Part shown: positions 44,912 to 49,060 of the stretch, one piece after another
Layout of the letters: each line of letters starts with the position of its first letter
Numbering within the stretch: position 1 is the first letter of the stretch
Source: an uncultured Bauldia sp.
GTDB lineage: Bacteria > Pseudomonadota > Alphaproteobacteria > Rhizobiales > Kaistiaceae
Direction of reading: 5' to 3'
DNA length: 49,060 nt
Assembly (NCBI GenBank): GCA_964610725.1
Contig: CAZSWL010000305.1
Location: forward strand, 1-49,060
The notes under the pieces: model-generated
What the model was told of the DNA's origin: nothing
Seen by the model: only the letters and a program-made list of their open reading frames with translations
Databases searched by the model: none
Program-made: the position numbers and the translations under genes

Positions 44912-45691
44912 ATGACTACCAATGGCGCGCCCCTGGTCAGGATGGAAAACATCGATCTTCGCTTCGGCCGATTCGAAGCCCTGAAGCATGTGTCGGTGGA
45001 TTTTGATGCCGGCGAGTTGGTTGGGCTGGTTGGCGACAACGGGGCGGGCAAGACGACGCTGATTCGGGTTCTCTCCGGCCTGTACACGCCGACCAACGGG
45101 CGCGTGTTCTTCGATGGCAAGGAGATCACCTATTTCCATCCGAAGCTCGCCATAGAGCTGGGTATCGAGACCATCCAGCAGGCAGTTGGGCTCTGCGAAA
45201 ACCTGTCGATCGCACGCAATTTCTATCTCGGCCGCGAGCCGGTGCGGCACGTTCTCGGCCTGCCATTTCTGGACTTCACCAAGATGCGGGACGACAGTCG
45301 CAAGGTCCTGCACGACTTCGGCCTGCGCGCCAACGTGGGCGCGGACGACGAAGTCAGCTTGTTGTCCGGCGGCGAACGTCAGTCGATCAAGATCGGACGT
45401 TCGGTTGCCTTCAAGAATCGTGTGATCATCATGGATGAGCCGACCAACCACCTCTCGGTGCGCGAGCGCGAGCATGTCAATCACCTCGCCCTGCAATTGC
45501 GCGACCAGGGCCTGCTCGTCATCTACATCACCCACGACATCTTCCAGGTGCACAAGATCGCCGATCGCATCGTCATTCTCGAGAACGGGGTCAAGATCGC
45601 CGACGTCAAGAGCGGAGAGATGACCAGCGACGAGCTCGAGCAGATCATCCGCGAAGGCGGACGCACCGGCGCCAGCCAGGAGGTGGCGTGA
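44912..45691 (+). CDS. CUT2 ABC ATP-binding protein (single NBD)
   Basis: 259 aa. GDNGAGKTT, LSGGERQSIKIGR, IIMDEPTNHL. Confidence 0.9.
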   Translation: MTTNGAPLVRMENIDLRFGRFEALKHVSVDFDAGELVGLVGDNGAGKTTLIRVLSGLYTPTNGRVFFDGKEITYFHPKLAIELGIETIQQAVGLCENLSIARNFYLGREPVRHVLGLPFLDFTKMRDDSRKVLHDFGLRANVGADDEVSLLSGGERQSIKIGRSVAFKNRVIIMDEPTNHLSVREREHVNHLALQLRDQGLLVIYITHDIFQVHKIADRIVILENGVKIADVKSGEMTSDELEQIIREGGRTGASQEVA

Positions 45692-46677
45692 GCGCGCAAA
45701 CCGCCAGCAGGCTCGAGCTGTTCCAACTGGTCAAGCGGCCGGCAACCAGCGTTATCGTCTTCACCGCCGTGATCGTTGTCGTGTTTTCCGTTCAGACCAG
45801 CGGGACGTGGATTTCGCAGGCCAACATGACCTCCGTTCTCCAGGCGTCGGCCACGCTCGGCATCATGGCGCTGGGCGAGGCTCTGGTGATCACGGCTCGC
45901 GAGATCGATATCTCGGTCGGTTCGATTTTCGGCATCGGCGCGCTCGTCTATCTTGGCTCGGCCTCGACGATCGGTGCGTTTCCTGCGGTGATTCTCGCCT
46001 TGATCTGTGGCGGCGCCATCGGCGCGTTCAACGGTCTGCTGGTCACGCGCTTCAAGGTCAGCGCACTGATCGCCACGCTTGGCACCCTCTTCATCTTCCG
46101 CGGGATCTGCTATGCGCTCACCGAGGGCTTCTCGTTTACGGCCGGCGATCAGCTCAGGCAGTCGGTCGCCTACGCGATCTTTGGTGGGTATGAATTCTTC
46201 GGTTACAAGGATTCCATATTGTGGCTGATCGCGATGGTGGTGGTGCTCCACGCCGTCGTGTTTGCGACACCCTTCGGCAACCGTCTGCTCGCCCTCGGCG
46301 GCAACGATGCCAGCGCGCTTTCCCGCGGCGTCCATGTCACGGCGATGAAGTGGCAGGTGTTCGTGTTGAGTGGCATTCTGGCCGCCTTCGCCGGCGTCCT
46401 CGAAGCATCGAAGATCGGTTTCGCGGACGGTTCCTTCGGTCGCCTCGAGGAGCTTCAGGCGATTGCCGCCTGCGTGATCGGGGGTTGTCTGCTGACCGGC
46501 GGCCGCTGTTCGATGGTTGGTGCGGCTCTCGGCGCCTTCGCGCTGACAGGCATCCAGAGCTTTCTCGTCCTCAACAGTGTCCAGCCGCAATGGTTCAACG
46601 TCTTGCTCGGCGTCATCATCGTGGTGGCGCTGATCGGCGACAAGGCCTTGCACGCATGGGCGCTGAGGCGATCGTAG
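45688..46677 (+). CDS. CUT2 ABC transporter permease 2
   Basis: 329 aa, GTGA overlap with the ATPase stop. MALGEALVITAREIDISVGS, IGGCLLTGGRCSMVGA. Confidence 0.9.
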   Translation: MSAQTASRLELFQLVKRPATSVIVFTAVIVVVFSVQTSGTWISQANMTSVLQASATLGIMALGEALVITAREIDISVGSIFGIGALVYLGSASTIGAFPAVILALICGGAIGAFNGLLVTRFKVSALIATLGTLFIFRGICYALTEGFSFTAGDQLRQSVAYAIFGGYEFFGYKDSILWLIAMVVVLHAVVFATPFGNRLLALGGNDASALSRGVHVTAMKWQVFVLSGILAAFAGVLEASKIGFADGSFGRLEELQAIAACVIGGCLLTGGRCSMVGAALGAFALTGIQSFLVLNSVQPQWFNVLLGVIIVVALIGDKALHAWALRRS

Positions 46678-46728
46678 ACGAGCAGCCGACCGCCGTCACA
46701 GCCGACGGTCCTTGCCGGCTTGCATAAC

Positions 46729-47622
46729 TCAATTTCGTCTGCGCGGCTGTGTCGCCACCGGTATGCGAACGCGTTCGCTCTCGTCCGGGCTAAGGCGCGC
46801 CGCCAGGGCAATCAACATGGCCTGGGCGAGGCACATCGGCGCAGCAAGCGAGCGCGAGAAGCTGTATTCGTCTTCCGGAATCGGAAACAGCACGGCGGCG
46901 TTCTTGGCGAGCGGCGATAGCGTGCTGTCGGATATGGCAACGATCGGCACTTTGGCCTGGTGAGCGGTCTCGACAATGCTGACGACCTCCTTGGCATAGT
47001 AGCGAAACGAAACGGCAATCAGCGCATCATCGGAACGCATCACCCGGGCCATTTCGGTGGACAGGCCGCCGGCAGCGTCAAGCAAGGTCACCTTGCGGCG
47101 CAGCATCGTCAGGACGTAGCGAATGAACAGGGCAATGGGCGCTGATCGCAATTGCCCCACCAGGTAGATGGTGTCCGCGTTGGCGAGGATTTCGACAGCG
47201 CGAACGAGTTGCTCCTCACCGGTTGCGCTGAGCAGGTCCTGGAGCGAGGCAATGTCGCGGGCGACAAGATCGCCGAGCGTTGCGGTGAAGCTGCCTGGTC
47301 GATGCAGCTCCAGCTCGGTCTTGAGAGCATTGACGCGGGCATCGAAACCCTGGGCCGCCGTGGCCAGGCGCGCGCGAAACACCAGTTGCAGCTGCTTGAA
47401 ACCCTTGAAGCCAAAATGCTGCGCGAAGCGCACGAAACTGGACGCGTGGACGCCACTGGCGACGGCCAGGGTCGACACTGATTTGATAGCAACGTCGTTG
47501 GGATTTTGCGTCAAATAGCGAGCTATCTTCTGATAGCTGCCGCTGAGCGCGTCATATTGAGCATGAATGGCGCCGATCAGCGCCTCGTAGTTCTCGGGAG
47601 GCTGCGGAGTTTTAAGCTCCAT
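46729..47622 (-). CDS. iolR: RpiR-family transcriptional regulator (HTH + SIS); candidate IolR
   Basis: Real start is ATG 47622 (MELKTPQPPENYEAL), within the 634-aa track ORF. HTH region IARYLTQNPNDVAIKSVSTLAVASGVHASSFVRFAQHFGFKGF; SIS region IYLVGQLRSAPIA. The symbol is assigned by context only. Confidence 0.7.
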   Translation of the reverse strand: MELKTPQPPENYEALIGAIHAQYDALSGSYQKIARYLTQNPNDVAIKSVSTLAVASGVHASSFVRFAQHFGFKGFKQLQLVFRARLATAAQGFDARVNALKTELELHRPGSFTATLGDLVARDIASLQDLLSATGEEQLVRAVEILANADTIYLVGQLRSAPIALFIRYVLTMLRRKVTLLDAAGGLSTEMARVMRSDDALIAVSFRYYAKEVVSIVETAHQAKVPIVAISDSTLSPLAKNAAVLFPIPEDEYSFSRSLAAPMCLAQAMLIALAARLSPDESERVRIPVATQPRRRN

Positions 47623-47683
47623 GCGGATTTTCCGGCATTTGCGTGTGTTTGGCTCGACAAGTTGCTTTCTGCCCCGAGTAACA

Positions 47684-47700
47684 ACAATTTTTGAAATTGT
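47684..47700. promoter_or_regulatory. Perfect 7-3-7 palindrome ACAATTT-TTG-AAATTGT upstream of the RpiR gene (candidate autoregulatory site D)
   Basis: Shares the 9-mer CAATTTTTG with sites A and C. GCAA-AA-TTGC lies nearby at 47714-47723. Starts 62 nt upstream of ATG 47622. Confidence 0.3.
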
Positions 47701-47774
47701 GCAATCGGCGAGTGCAAAATTGCCGCCGGCCCGCCGATCAGCGGAACGGGCTTGCCGGTGCCGGGGCTTGCCCG

Positions 47775-49060
47775 TCAGGCGTGTTCGCCATGTCCGTGGC
47801 TGAGGGTGCGCGTGAGGGCATCCTGCCACCCCGCGATCTTGCGCGCGCGTTCGGCCGGTCTCATCTTCGGCGTGAAGCGGCGGTCGAGCTGCCATTGCCG
47901 GGCGAAGGTCGCCGGCGGCGGACAGATGCCGGCCTTGAGGCCGGCGAGATAGGCCGCGCCGAGCGCGGTCGTCTCGAGCAGCCGCGGCCGGTCGACCGGG
48001 GCGTCGAGGATGTCGGCCAGGCACTGCATGGTCCAGTCCGACGCGACCATGCCGCCGTCGACCCTGACCACGGGGCGGGCACCCTTGCGGTGGGTCCAGT
48101 CGCGGCCCATCGCCTCGACAAGATCGAGGGTCTGGTAGCAGACCGATTCCAGCGCCGCGCGGGCGAGCTCGGCGGCAGTGGTGCCGCGGGTGAGGCCGAA
48201 GATCGCGCCGCGCGCGTCCGCATCCCAATGGGGAGCGCCGAGTCCGACGAAGGCCGGCACCAGATAGACCGGATGCTCGGGATCGGCTCGTGCCGCGAGC
48301 GTGCCGGCGTCGGCGGCACGACGGACGAGCCTCAGGCCGTCGCGCAGCCACTGCACCGCGGCGCCGGCAACGAAGATCGACCCTTCCAGCGCGTAGGTGC
48401 GGCGGCCGCCGAGCTGATAGGCGATGGTGGTGAGTAGGCGGTTGTTCGACCGCACCGCCTCGCCGCCGGTGTTGAGGAGCGCGAAACAGCCGGTGCCGTA
48501 TGTCGACTTCACCATGCCCGGACGGAAGCAGGCCTGGCCGACGGTTGCCGCCTGCTGGTCGCCGGCGACGCCGAGGATCGGGATCGCGGCGCCGAGAATG
48601 CGCCGGTTGGTGACGCCGAAGTCGGCGGCGCAATCCTTCACCTCAGGCAACATCGCACGCGGCACGCCGAGCATGGCAAGCAGCGCGTCGCTCCACTCGC
48701 CCCTGTGGATGTCGAACATCAGCGTGCGGGCGGCGTTGGTGGCGTCGGTGGCATGAACCCGGCCGCCGGTCAGGCGCCAGATCAGAAACGAATCGACGGT
48801 GCCGAAGCAGAGGTCGCCGCGGGCGGCCCTGGCACGAGCGCCTCTCACGTGATCGAGCAACCAGGCAACTTTGGTCCCGGAGAAATAGGGATCGAGAATG
48901 AGACCGCTGGCGGCGGCGACCGCCGGCTCGTGTCCGGCAGCGGCGAGCGCGGCGCAGCGATCGGCGGTGCGACGATCCTGCCAGACGATCGCGCGATGGA
49001 TCGGCTTGCCGGTTCGGCGGTCCCACACCACCACCGTCTCGCGCTGGTTGGTGATGCCGA
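47775..49060 (-). CDS. glpK: Glycerol kinase; 5' end lies beyond the window
   Basis: The frame is open to the window edge ([20 protein letters not shown]). [45 protein letters not shown]. Confidence 0.9.
   Translation of the reverse strand, partial: GITNQRETVVVWDRRTGKPIHRAIVWQDRRTADRCAALAAAGHEPAVAAASGLILDPYFSGTKVAWLLDHVRGARARAARGDLCFGTVDSFLIWRLTGGRVHATDATNAARTLMFDIHRGEWSDALLAMLGVPRAMLPEVKDCAADFGVTNRRILGAAIPILGVAGDQQAATVGQACFRPGMVKSTYGTGCFALLNTGGEAVRSNNRLLTTIAYQLGGRRTYALEGSIFVAGAAVQWLRDGLRLVRRAADAGTLAARADPEHPVYLVPAFVGLGAPHWDADARGAIFGLTRGTTAAELARAALESVCYQTLDLVEAMGRDWTHRKGARPVVRVDGGMVASDWTMQCLADILDAPVDRPRLLETTALGAAYLAGLKAGICPPPATFARQWQLDRRFTPKMRPAERARKIAGWQDALTRTLSHGHGEHA

Noticed and set aside
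46729-48633. 634-aa ORF extending the RpiR regulator far upstream.
   Set aside because: Only the C-terminal 297 aa (from ATG 47622) show the HTH and SIS features. The rest overlaps glpK out of frame and is Arg/Pro-rich shadow sequence.
1-49060. Search for tRNA/rRNA genes, CRISPR arrays, IS elements, toxin-antitoxin pairs or known defence-system genes.
   Set aside because: No short regularly spaced repeats, cloverleaf-like segments, transposase/integrase-like translations or nuclease/helicase/methylase-type ORFs were seen. Intergenic regions are short and explained by promoters and terminators, apart from those listed as findings.

Overview
High-GC (roughly 63-66% by eye) alphaproteobacterial, Rhizobiales-like catabolic and transport region. 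The taxon is inferred from composition, twin-arginine binding proteins and gene content. I call about 42 protein-coding genes and found no rRNA, tRNA, CRISPR array, transposase or integrase. All family calls rest on motif recognition in the supplied translations; no database search was possible.

Gene content, left to right:
- (1) A CUT2-type sugar ABC system with its parts on opposite strands (1-4144).
- (2) A nitrogen-compound cluster (4319-14023): two glutamine-synthetase-like ligases, a Liv-type 5-gene ABC importer, two paralogous isochorismatase-like cysteine hydrolases and an N-formylglutamate-amidohydrolase-family enzyme.
- (3) A CUT1 sugar ABC system with a PfkB kinase (14156-20058).
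- (4) A CUT2 system whose ATPase carries an in-frame TAG, followed by dhaK, dhaL, a class-I-aldolase-like gene and an FGGY kinase (20303-27671), plus a convergent aldose 1-epimerase.
- (5) A type I secretion cassette (28886-34458): an RTX haem peroxidase (peroxicin type), a PrtD-type ABC exporter and a HlyD adaptor. It abuts a 41-codon short-chain-dehydrogenase C-terminal remnant.
- (6) A myo-inositol locus (35011-47622): iolG, iolD, iolE, an ABC importer and an RpiR-type regulator. No iolB, iolC, iolJ or iolA is present. An aldehyde dehydrogenase / HpcH aldolase / D-2-hydroxyacid dehydrogenase operon lies directly downstream of iolG.
- (7) A partial glpK.

Best leads:
- An AT-rich GCAA-N6-TTGC inverted repeat recurs only in iol-linked intergenic regions, including upstream of the ALDH/aldolase/dehydrogenase operon. 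This suggests a non-canonical, non-phosphorylative lower inositol route.
- The unassigned GS-like / cysteine hydrolase / FGase cluster.
- The T1SS-peroxicin cassette with an apparent insertion scar.
- A decaying sugar locus with a nonsense ATPase and a truncated SDR.
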